Made by a program: the position numbers and the translations under genes
Notes under the pieces: generated by a model
Told to the model about the DNA's origin: nothing
The model's input: the letters and a program-made list of their open reading frames with translations, nothing else
The model's database searches: none
Source: a virus
Lineage: Duplodnaviria > Caudoviricetes
Virus record (IMG/VR): IMGVR_UViG_3300042914_002376
Span: 1 to 34,088 of that record
Strand: one strand, 5' to 3'
Length of the DNA stretch: 34,088 nucleotides
Part shown: positions 26,281 to 34,088 of the stretch, piece by piece
How positions within the stretch are numbered: the stretch's first letter is position 1
Layout: each line of letters opens with the position of its first letter

Positions 26281-26314
26281 CCCCTTTACAACCGTGGCGG
26301 CGTCGTTATGATTC
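26281..26314 (+). promoter_or_regulatory. Early/middle promoter P2 for the recombination-replication operon
   Basis: TTTACA-N16-TATGAT; homologous to P1. Confidence 0.72.
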
Positions 26315-26405
26315 GCGCCGTGCGGACCGATGACACCAACACCACGCCCCTCGCCTGCGGGTCCGCACAACCCGGCGAGGGGCGTGGTCATTCACGGAGA
26401 CAGCG

Positions 26406-27305
26406 ATGACGATCACGGAGAAGCAACTCGCCGCGCGCGACTCGGGCCTCGGCTCGAGCGAGATCGCGGCGATCCTCGGGCGAGACCCGTGGAGAACGGC
26501 ATGGGACGTATGGGCCGTGAAGACCGGGCGCGCCGACGCGGCACCCGCCAACGACGCGATGCGGATCGGCACCGCCTTCGAGCGCGTGCTGCTCGACCTC
26601 GCGGGCGAGGAACTCGGCCGCAAGGTCGTCGCGCCGACGAGCACCTTCGTCCGCGGCGTGATGCGCGCCAACATCGACGGCATGCTCGACCGCTTCGCCA
26701 AGGGCGGCGAGATCGTCGAAGCCAAGACGACCAGCGTGACCGACGGATGGGGTCCTGCCGGGTCAAGCGAAGTGCCCGAGCGCGTCGCGCTGCAGGTGCA
26801 GTTCCAGATGCTCTGCGCCGAAAGCAACGTCGCGCACGTGGCGAAGCTCTCTGCCGCATTCGGCTTCGCGTTCGCGCTCTACCGCATCGAACGCGACGAA
26901 GACGTATGCGCGGAGATCGAGGCGCGCTGCGAGGAATGGTGGGCAAAGCACGTGGTCGAAGGCAAGGAACCCGACGCGACGCCGTCGCCCGACGTGCTCG
27001 CTCGCGTGCGTCGCGAAGCCAAGAAGGTCGACATCGACGCGACGCTGATTGCGCGCGAGCGCATCGCCCGCGACGAACTTGCGGCCGCGGAAGCGAAGTA
27101 CGAAGCCGCGAAGTCGGCCGTGCTGCACGCCATGGGCGACGCCGATACCGCGAGCGACGGCACCTGGACGGTCCGATTCCACAACGTGAGCCGCACCGGG
27201 CTCGACACCGCGGCGATCGTCGCACGGTGGCCCGAGGCGGCCGACATGAAGAAGGCAACGACCTACCGACGCTTCGACGTTCGGAAGGCAGGAGGCAAGT
27301 CATGA
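26406..27305 (+). CDS. YqaJ/lambda-exonuclease-like recombination nuclease
   Basis: R..GLGSSEIAAILG.DPW.T..DVW..KTG, G..FE, ANIDG, EAKTT, QVQ.QM. Confidence 0.93.
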   Translation: MTITEKQLAARDSGLGSSEIAAILGRDPWRTAWDVWAVKTGRADAAPANDAMRIGTAFERVLLDLAGEELGRKVVAPTSTFVRGVMRANIDGMLDRFAKGGEIVEAKTTSVTDGWGPAGSSEVPERVALQVQFQMLCAESNVAHVAKLSAAFGFAFALYRIERDEDVCAEIEARCEEWWAKHVVEGKEPDATPSPDVLARVRREAKKVDIDATLIARERIARDELAAAEAKYEAAKSAVLHAMGDADTASDGTWTVRFHNVSRTGLDTAAIVARWPEAADMKKATTYRRFDVRKAGGKS

Positions 27306-27940
27306 CGGCGACCCCGCACCTCAGCGCCGCGCTCGTGCGCGCGCAATCCCTCGTCCGACCCGTCGGCAAAGACGCCTACAACGCGCACCACAAGTACAAT
27401 TATGCAAGCGCCGAAACGATGCTTGCGGGTGCGCGCGAGGCGCTCAATGCCGCCGGACTCGCCGTGTCGCGCGTGTCGTGGCACGTGGTCGACGGCAACA
27501 TGCCGATGCTCGTGTCGTCCTTCCGCCTCGACCATGAGAGCGGCGAGACCCGCGACTTCGTCGATCTGCCGTGGCCGATCCTCGAAGGCAACGGTCGGCC
27601 GTTCGACAAGGCGATGGCCGGAGCGCTCACGACGCAGCAAGCGTACTTCGTGCGCGATCTCCTGCAGATGCCGAAGGAAGACGAGAACGAGATTGATCGG
27701 CGCAACGACGCCGAGACCGTCGCGGTCGAGGTGATCGGCGTCGCGGGCGCGGGCGCAATCCGGCGCAAGCTCAAGGCCGCGGGCCTTGCGCTCGCGGACA
27801 TGATCGCCGACATGAAATCGAAGAACCTCGACCCGCCGAGCGACCTCGCGAACTGGCCGCGCGCCTGGTCGAAGGGCGCCGACGCATGGATCGAACGCAA
27901 GACCTCCGAAGCGAGCACGCCCCCGACGACGGAACCGTGA
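27302..27940 (+). CDS. ERF-family single-strand annealing protein
   Basis: LSAALVRAQ....V.KD..N.H.KY.YA, HESGE, GALT...Y. Confidence 0.85.
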   Translation: MTATPHLSAALVRAQSLVRPVGKDAYNAHHKYNYASAETMLAGAREALNAAGLAVSRVSWHVVDGNMPMLVSSFRLDHESGETRDFVDLPWPILEGNGRPFDKAMAGALTTQQAYFVRDLLQMPKEDENEIDRRNDAETVAVEVIGVAGAGAIRRKLKAAGLALADMIADMKSKNLDPPSDLANWPRAWSKGADAWIERKTSEASTPPTTEP

Positions 27941-28079
27941 TCGCTTCTCGGCGCGGGGGGCGAGCAGTACGCTCCCCGCGCCGACCACAACCCAGTACCC
28001 GGTGCTGCGCACGGACGAAGACCTGCGGGTCGCGCAGCCGGAGAGGTGCCGCCGTGGTAGGGCACCAGAGGATGGTCGC

Positions 28080-28095
28080 GTGGTAACGATTGCCA
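28080..28095. repeat. Dispersed palindrome site 5 (reverse complement TGGCAATCGTTACCAC)
   Basis: Same consensus in opposite orientation; about 210 bp upstream of the ParB-HTH gene. Confidence 0.7.
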
Positions 28096-28302
28096 CGCGG
28101 CTCGCGGCGAGGACTGACCCTACCTCGCCCCGGCGGCAACGTAGCCGCCGCGCTCAGCACGTGAAGCGCGCCGTACCTCCGGCGGAAATGGACATACGTG
28201 CAGCGCGACGCCGACGCCCGAAAGGAGCGGCACGCGCCCCCGCGAGGATTGAGCGGGGGTCGCTCAGCTCTCGGCCCTCTCGGAGGGCACGGAAACACAC
28301 AC

Positions 28303-29103
28303 ATGCCACGCAACGCACGAAACCCCCGCCACGTTCCGCTCGACGCCCTCCGCATGGACGGAGGCACGCAAGCCCGCGCACAGATGACCGAAGACGCAGT
28401 CGCCGAGTACGCCGACGCGCTGCAAGACGGGCACGCCTTCCCCCCGGTCGCGGTCGTCGATGACGGGACGACCTTGTGGCTCGCCGATGGGTTCCATCGC
28501 GTTGAAGCCGCGCGACGCCTCGGCCAAGACCGCATCCTCGCCAACGTCACGCCGGGAACGATGGTCGACGCCGTGCTCATCGCCGCGGGCAGCAACGCCG
28601 CACACGGCGTGCGACGCACCAACGCCGACAAGAAGCGCGCCGTCGCGATGGTCCTCGGCCTGCCGGGATACCAAGACAAGAGCGACCGCGAAATCGCCCG
28701 CCTCTGCGCCGTGACGCATCCCTTCGTCGCGGCCTGCCGCCGTCCGGCGGAGGAAGTCGACACCAGCGAAGACGCTGATGCAGGCGACGCCGGCGACGCT
28801 GCCGGCGCCGAACTCCCGGCGATGGATGCCGCTCGCGAGGCGATGAACGAGCTCCGCGAAACGCTGCGCGCCGCGAAGCGCATGGCGCTCGACCTTGCCG
28901 ACGGGCCGCACGGCGTATTCCTCAACCGCGACGCCATCGGCAGCGACCTCGCGAACGCCATCGCCGCCGTCGAAGGGGCGACGCCCGCTCGCGAATGCCC
29001 GGTCTGCCACGGCAGCGGATGCCGCACCTGCCGGAACGTCGGATGGGTGAGCCGCCTCGTCAACGATCACGCGATCCCGACCGACCTCGAGGGCCAACGA
29101 TGA
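28303..29103 (+). CDS. ParB-like CTPase domain plus HTH plus C-terminal Zn finger
   Basis: TQ.R, FPPV.V, LADGFHR.EA (GxxR), N..HG.R.T.ADK..AV, SDREIARLC.V HTH, CPVC.G.GC..C...GW. Confidence 0.85.
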   Translation: MPRNARNPRHVPLDALRMDGGTQARAQMTEDAVAEYADALQDGHAFPPVAVVDDGTTLWLADGFHRVEAARRLGQDRILANVTPGTMVDAVLIAAGSNAAHGVRRTNADKKRAVAMVLGLPGYQDKSDREIARLCAVTHPFVAACRRPAEEVDTSEDADAGDAGDAAGAELPAMDAAREAMNELRETLRAAKRMALDLADGPHGVFLNRDAIGSDLANAIAAVEGATPARECPVCHGSGCRTCRNVGWVSRLVNDHAIPTDLEGQR

Positions 29104-29393
29104 GCCGCAAGACCATCGAAGAACAGTGGCCAGCCGCGAAGCGATGGCTCATGACGAAGGGCTTTCTCATCGGCACGACGAAGACCGGGTGGGCTGCAGT
29201 CGGCCGCAACGGGATCGTCGTCACCGTCAGCCCGTCGCGCGCGAAGGTCGAATGGGACGACGGCGCGGGATGCCTCACGGTGTCCCGCGCCGACTCCATC
29301 CCCCTGCCGTGGATTCAGCGCGTGATGATGGAAGCCGAACTCGCACGCGAGGCGGTTGCCAAGGCACAAGCCACGAATGCGAGGCGTCAATGA
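29100..29393 (+). CDS. Hypothetical protein
   Basis: ATGA-coupled at both ends. Confidence 0.65.
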   Translation: MSRKTIEEQWPAAKRWLMTKGFLIGTTKTGWAAVGRNGIVVTVSPSRAKVEWDDGAGCLTVSRADSIPLPWIQRVMMEAELAREAVAKAQATNARRQ

Positions 29394-29617
29394 CCGACCC
29401 GGACATCGTGACCCGGCTCCGAGAATCGGCCGGTGGATACTTCATGCGCCAAATGGTTACGGAAGCCGCCGCCGAAATCGAACGGCTGCGCGCCGAGCGC
29501 GACGAGGCGAAACAAGAATGCGATCGCCTCGCACGACGAAACGCCGTCCTCGTCGTCGAGATCGACGCGCTCCGCGAGAAGGAACTCGGGCGCGACCTGT
29601 ACGGAGGCGAAGGCTGA
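29390..29617 (+). CDS. Small coiled-coil phage protein
   Basis: DIVTRLR...EAAAEIERLRAERDEA pattern common in phages. Confidence 0.7.
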   Translation: MTDPDIVTRLRESAGGYFMRQMVTEAAAEIERLRAERDEAKQECDRLARRNAVLVVEIDALREKELGRDLYGGEG

Positions 29618-31245
29618 TGCTGCGGCACTATCAACGAGACGCCATCGACGCGGTGCGCGACGCCTGGACACGCGACCAGTCCTCGCTGCTCGTCATGGCG
29701 ACGGGCACGGGCAAGACCGTGACCGCCGCGAGCATCATCGGCGACCGCATCGGGTTCGGCGGCCGCGCGATGGTCGTCGCGCACCGTGAGGAACTCGTCG
29801 AACAGGCGGCCGCGACCATCCGACGCGTCGCGCGGTGCGACGTTGCGGTCGAGATGGCGGCTCGTCGCTCCATCGAGGACGGGTTCAGTCGATGCCCCGT
29901 GGTCGTCGCGAGCGTGCAAACCCTCACCAGCCGAAGGCACGGGCAGCTGCGCGCAGAGCGCTTTCGGCCGAGCGACTTCGGGACGGTGTGGTTCGACGAA
30001 GCGCATCACGCGACCGCGAGCACGTGGTCGAGCGTATGGGAGTGGTTCAAGACGAACACCGCCTGCCGATTGCTCGGCACGACCGCGACGCCCGACCGCG
30101 CCGACGAGCGCGCGCTCGGGTCGATCTTCTCGTCGGTCGCATACCAGTACGGGATGCTCGAAGGCATCAGGGATGGGTGGCTCGTCCCGGTGAAGCAGAG
30201 CGTAGTGCACGTGCACGGGCTCGACTTCTCGAGCGTGCGCACGACGGCGGGCGAACTCAACGGGGCAGACCTCGCCGCGCTGATGGAGTACGAGCAGACG
30301 CTTCACCGCATGGTCGGCCCGACGATCGAAATCGCGGGCGACCGAAGGACGCTGCTGTTCTGCACGACCGTCGAGCACGCGAAGCGCGTCGCGGAAATCA
30401 TCAACCGACACAAGACCGGGAGCGCGGCCTGCATTCACGCGGCGACTGACCGCGACGAGCGGCGCAACATCCTGCGCGACTTTGGCGCAGGCCGACTGCA
30501 GTACCTCGCGAACGTGGGGATCACGACCGAAGGATGGGACGATCCGGCAACCGACGGCCGCGGTGTTCAGGTCGTCGCCATGCTTCGCCCGACAAAGAGC
30601 CGCAGCCTGTACTGCCAAATGGCGGGGCGAGGGACGCGACCGCTGCCCAACACGGTCGACCGGCTCACGACCGCCGACGAGCGGCGCCTCGCCATCGCGG
30701 CGAGCGTCAAGCCCAGCGTGCTGCTGCTCGACTTCATGGGCAACTGCGGGCGCCATCGCCTCGTGCACGCCGGAGACGTACTCGGCGGCAGATGGGACGA
30801 CGAAACGCGGCAACGATCGACGCGCAAGGCGGCCGAGACGCCGGGCGAAGAGGTCGACGTTCTCGCGATGCTCGACCGCACCGAACTGCTCCTGCGCGAC
30901 GAGAAGGAACGCAGTAAGCGGCAGCTGCTCAAGGGCACCGCGAAGTACACGACGCAGGCGGTGGACCCGTTCGAGTTCGTCGGCATCGCGCCGCCGAAGG
31001 TCAAGGGCTTCCGGGCGAAGATCCCTGCGAGCGAGAAGCAGCGCACCTACCTCGCCCGCAACGGAGTGCCGAACACCGATCGCCTCACGCTGGACGAGGC
31101 GAGCGCCATCATCGACGCGCTGATGAAGCGCCCGACCGAAGCGCAGGCGTGGTTCCTCAAGAAGCACGGCAGGGACCCGGCCGCGTTCGACCGCAAGACC
31201 GCGAGCGAAGAGATCGGCCGCATCAAGGAAGGGGTCGCGGCATGA
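29617..31245 (+). CDS. Superfamily 2 DEAH (ResIII-like) helicase
   Basis: LRHYQ, ATGTGKT, AHREEL, DEAHH, TATP.R, TEGWD.P, RPTKS..LY.QM.GRG.R. Confidence 0.95.
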   Translation: MLRHYQRDAIDAVRDAWTRDQSSLLVMATGTGKTVTAASIIGDRIGFGGRAMVVAHREELVEQAAATIRRVARCDVAVEMAARRSIEDGFSRCPVVVASVQTLTSRRHGQLRAERFRPSDFGTVWFDEAHHATASTWSSVWEWFKTNTACRLLGTTATPDRADERALGSIFSSVAYQYGMLEGIRDGWLVPVKQSVVHVHGLDFSSVRTTAGELNGADLAALMEYEQTLHRMVGPTIEIAGDRRTLLFCTTVEHAKRVAEIINRHKTGSAACIHAATDRDERRNILRDFGAGRLQYLANVGITTEGWDDPATDGRGVQVVAMLRPTKSRSLYCQMAGRGTRPLPNTVDRLTTADERRLAIAASVKPSVLLLDFMGNCGRHRLVHAGDVLGGRWDDETRQRSTRKAAETPGEEVDVLAMLDRTELLLRDEKERSKRQLLKGTAKYTTQAVDPFEFVGIAPPKVKGFRAKIPASEKQRTYLARNGVPNTDRLTLDEASAIIDALMKRPTEAQAWFLKKHGRDPAAFDRKTASEEIGRIKEGVAA

Positions 31246-31436
31246 GCGAACGGCAACCGCACGACCTCGCCTTCGTCCGCGTGCGCCTGATGAGCAAGAA
31301 CGAGCGCGGCGAATGGGTCTGCGCCCAAGTCGACCCGCAGGGACGCGATCTCGAAGGCTCGGCCGCGTTCGTGTGGGCCGAAGATCGAGCGATCGTCACG
31401 CTCGACGAAGCACGGAAGATCGCGAGAGGTCGATGA
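31242..31436 (+). CDS. Hypothetical protein
   Basis: ATGA-coupled at both ends. Confidence 0.6.
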   Translation: MSERQPHDLAFVRVRLMSKNERGEWVCAQVDPQGRDLEGSAAFVWAEDRAIVTLDEARKIARGR

Positions 31437-31675
31437 CTCGAAAGTACAAGCGCCTTACCGCCGCCGAAACGCTGACCCGGCTTCAGGCCGAGGACTACTG
31501 CGAAGACGCACGCACCGCCGAGATCCTCGCGGGACTCATCCGCCTCGCGAACGCGGGCGGACCCGTCGCGCAGTTGCTGCTCGAGAACGCCTCGCTCGAG
31601 AATCGCCCCGTACGCGCCGCGCTCGAGGAGTGGGCCGCCGCGGTCAAGGCGATGCGCGAGAAGGGAATCCTATGA
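31433..31675 (+). CDS. Hypothetical protein
   Basis: ATGA-coupled at both ends. Confidence 0.6.
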   Translation: MTRKYKRLTAAETLTRLQAEDYCEDARTAEILAGLIRLANAGGPVAQLLLENASLENRPVRAALEEWAAAVKAMREKGIL

Positions 31676-32523
31676 GCCACCTCGTGCTCGCCGACCGCAG
31701 GACGGGCGAGGTCGCCTTTGACGGGCGCCGCGTGTCGCGCGCGCTGCCGTGTCCGATCTGCTCGCACCTTCATCGCACGCAGTCATGGTGCCTCGTGGAC
31801 GCCGCCAGAGGGCTCGCAATCTGTCCGCGCGTCGAGAGCGACCGCCGCATCGGGGATGCGGGCTACCTGCACCGCATCGACGGCGGCGCACTCGAGCCCG
31901 TGCGAGTCGTAGTTCAACGGCAGGAGCGGCTCGACCCCGCCGACCTTGGATGGTTGCAGCCGCGCTACGCCGACGCCCTGACGCAAACCCGCGCCGCGGA
32001 ACTCGCCGACCGATGGGGAACCTCGGTCGACACCTTGCGCGCCATCGGATGCGGTTGGGACGGTGCTGCCTGGACGTTCCCCATGCACCAAGGAACCCGG
32101 ATCGTGGGGTTCCGCAGGCGACTCCTGGACGGCAGCAAGATATGCCGCACCGGATCAAGACTCGGACTGATGATGCCGACCGCACGTACTGCCACTCGTG
32201 GGTCGCTGTTCGTGGTCGAGGGCGAAAGTGACCTTGCCGCGGCGGTTGATCTCGGCCTCGACGCCGTCGCGCGGCCCGGATGCCGGGTCTGCGAAGACCT
32301 CGTCGCCCCGCTCGCGAAGGGACGCGACGCGGTGATCGTCGCCGACGCCGACGCCCCCGGAATGGAAGGGGCGAGCTCGCTCCGGCTGCGCCTGTTGAAG
32401 ATCGCTCGCTCGGTCGTTATAGTTCGACCGCCAGGCCGCTACAAGGATCTGCGCGACTGGGTGCGCGCGGGCGGCACGCGAGAATCGTTGCGGTTCATCG
32501 TGACGAGCATGCGAGGGTTCTGA
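31672..32523 (+). CDS. Primase-like protein (Zn finger plus TOPRIM)
   Basis: CPIC...WC...C.R; TOPRIM VVEGESD, VAD.D..G..GA, KDLRDW. Confidence 0.85.
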   Translation: MSHLVLADRRTGEVAFDGRRVSRALPCPICSHLHRTQSWCLVDAARGLAICPRVESDRRIGDAGYLHRIDGGALEPVRVVVQRQERLDPADLGWLQPRYADALTQTRAAELADRWGTSVDTLRAIGCGWDGAAWTFPMHQGTRIVGFRRRLLDGSKICRTGSRLGLMMPTARTATRGSLFVVEGESDLAAAVDLGLDAVARPGCRVCEDLVAPLAKGRDAVIVADADAPGMEGASSLRLRLLKIARSVVIVRPPGRYKDLRDWVRAGGTRESLRFIVTSMRGF

Positions 32524-32795
32524 TGCCTCGGGCACCGAAGGACCCAACGACCGCAGACCTCAGCGCGCGCCTCGAACGGTGCTCGGAGGAACGCGCGCGA
32601 GCAGAGCAACAGCGCGACAGCGCAGAGGAACGTGGACGCCGATGGCTCGAGGAACTTCTCTCGCTCGACGACGAGATCGAGCGCCTCATGAAGCATATCG
32701 AGGCGGAGGTGCGAGCAGGCAACGCGAGAGCGGTGCACCATCATCTGTATCGAAGGCTCAGCATCGCAAGGAACGCCGCTCGCTCCGATTCGTGA
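32523..32795 (+). CDS. Hypothetical coiled-coil protein
   Basis: TGATG-coupled; heptad-like charged sequence. Confidence 0.6.
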   Translation: MPRAPKDPTTADLSARLERCSEERARAEQQRDSAEERGRRWLEELLSLDDEIERLMKHIEAEVRAGNARAVHHHLYRRLSIARNAARSDS

Positions 32796-33199
32796 TCGAA
32801 GGGGAACCCAAGCCGCAACCGCGTCCGCGCGCCTACCGCCGAGGCCAGTTCGTCGGGGTCTACAACCCATCGAACGCCGACGCATGGAAGGTGCGATGCG
32901 CAGTCGTTGCGCACGACGCGATCGCCAAGCCGTTCGAGGGCGCCGTACGCGTCGCGTTGTGGTTCATGATGCCGCGGCCCGCAAGTCACCTGACGAAGCA
33001 AGGCAAGCCGCGCAAGACCGCGCCGGCGCACCATGCCCAACGGCCCGACGTGGACAACCTCGCGAAAGCCGTCATGGACGCGCTCGCAGGCATCGCGTTC
33101 CGTGACGATGCGCAGGTCGCCGAACTCATCGTCGGGAAGCAGTGGGCAGAGGAGACGCCCGGCTGCATCGTCACCATCGAGACCATCCATGCCATCTAA
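32792..33199 (+). CDS. rusA: RusA-family Holliday junction resolvase
   Basis: GEPKPQPRPR, F.MPRP, PDVDNLAKAVMDAL, DDAQV; start uncertain. Confidence 0.93.
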   Translation: MIEGEPKPQPRPRAYRRGQFVGVYNPSNADAWKVRCAVVAHDAIAKPFEGAVRVALWFMMPRPASHLTKQGKPRKTAPAHHAQRPDVDNLAKAVMDALAGIAFRDDAQVAELIVGKQWAEETPGCIVTIETIHAI

Positions 33200-34088
33200 G
33201 CCTCCGACCATCCGTGGAGGGCAAGATCCGCGGAAGCACGGTCGTGGGTCGAAGTGGCACAAGACGAGCAGGGCGGCTCGGGCCATCGAGCCGCTCTGCC
33301 GTCTGTGTCTCGCGAGCGGACGCACCGTGCCCGCCGTCTGCGTCGATCACATTCGACCCCTCATGGACGGGGGCACCTCAACCCCCGACAACCTGCAGCC
33401 GCTCTGCCGCGCCTGTCACCATCGCAAGACATCAAGCGACATCGCGAATGGCGCGGGCAAGCGCGGCCCATGGGCGCCTCGCATCACCATCCTCGTCGGC
33501 GCCCCCGGCGCCGGGAAGACGACCCTCGCACGAAGGCACCTCGCAGGGAATGACCTCGTGTACGACTACGACGCGCTCGTGAGCGCGTGCTCGTGCATCG
33601 CGCCATGGACAGCAGAGGGACTGATGCTCGCGCCCATCCTGCGCCGGGTCCGGGACGCCATCATCGGCGCCGCCATTGATGGACACGTGCAGGGAAGGGT
33701 CTGGGTACTGATGAGCGACCTCACCTCGGCGCTCGATCTCACCTCGACCCCGGGGGTCGATCTGTTGATCCTGCACCCGGGGATAGACGCCTGCGTGGAC
33801 GCCATCCGGGCGCGACGCCTCGACCCGGATCGCGAACGCGACGCGTGCCTCGCCGCCTCGCGATTCGACGCGACCCTGCGCGCCCTTCTCAACGACCCTA
33901 CGCAGCCCCTACGAGCCGCCACGTTGCGTCGGCAGCGCGAGGACGACCCTCGGCCCCTGCCGCAGCCGGACGCGTCTGGGGCCATTCCTGCCGCCTATAA
34001 CCCCGGCAGCCGGGTACCCCGTCCGCAAACCGTGAAACCCGACGGGACACCGAGGCCACGCCGCCACAAACGCGCGCGCCCGGGTTCC
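33189..34088 (+). CDS. HNH endonuclease fused to a P-loop (kinase/AAA-like) domain; open at the window end
   Basis: Manual translation: EPLCRLC...VDHIRP...GG...DNLQPLCRACHHRKT, then ITILVGAPGAGKTTL...VYDYD; no stop before 34088; absent from the supplied ORF track. Confidence 0.88.
   Translation, partial: MPSKPPTIRGGQDPRKHGRGSKWHKTSRAARAIEPLCRLCLASGRTVPAVCVDHIRPLMDGGTSTPDNLQPLCRACHHRKTSSDIANGAGKRGPWAPRITILVGAPGAGKTTLARRHLAGNDLVYDYDALVSACSCIAPWTAEGLMLAPILRRVRDAIIGAAIDGHVQGRVWVLMSDLTSALDLTSTPGVDLLILHPGIDACVDAIRARRLDPDRERDACLAASRFDATLRALLNDPTQPLRAATLRRQREDDPRPLPQPDASGAIPAAYNPGSRVPRPQTVKPDGTPRPRRHKRARPGS

Larger units (their letters stand above)
1..34088 (+). mobile_element. Complete or near-complete tailed phage genome (HK97-like siphovirus)
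   Basis: Full packaging, head, tail, lysis and replication gene order on one strand; the last ORF reads through the end-start junction to a TGA (16-18) overlapping ATG 18. Confidence 0.93.

Noticed and set aside
1-34088. tRNA, tmRNA, rRNA, CRISPR array, intron or intein
   Set aside because: No cloverleaf with a T-loop in the intergenic gaps, no regularly spaced repeats, and terminase and helicase are of normal length; checked by eye only

Overview
The window looks like a complete, circularly permuted, high-GC siphovirus genome of HK97/lambdoid type (34,088 bp), and every credible gene is on the + strand. Gene order: two ParB-like genes, C5 DNA methyltransferase, terminase small and large subunits, a giant portal fusion, prohead protease, two HK97-fold capsid genes, head-tail connectors, two tail-tube paralogues, a frameshifted tail chaperone, tape measure, tail tip/fibre, holin/spanin-like genes, a Cys-rich module, an early operon (amidoligase, class II glutamine amidotransferase, YkgJ-like, HTH), YqaJ/ERF recombination genes, ParB-HTH, SF2 helicase, primase, RusA and an HNH/P-loop fusion. 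The last ORF wraps across the window end and stops in a TGATG overlapping the start of the first gene. Main finding: a 1218-aa portal protein with a PI3K/HipA-like kinase domain and an R-S-ExE ADP-ribosyltransferase domain, each preceded by a repeated RDCGTGAGGFQPGNxCG tag, followed by a small acidic candidate immunity gene. Other findings are five dispersed 16-bp parS-like palindromes, a conserved promoter pair, shared A/C-rich leaders, candidate structured RNAs, and no recognisable integrase or endolysin. All family calls come from motif recognition by eye; no database searches were run.
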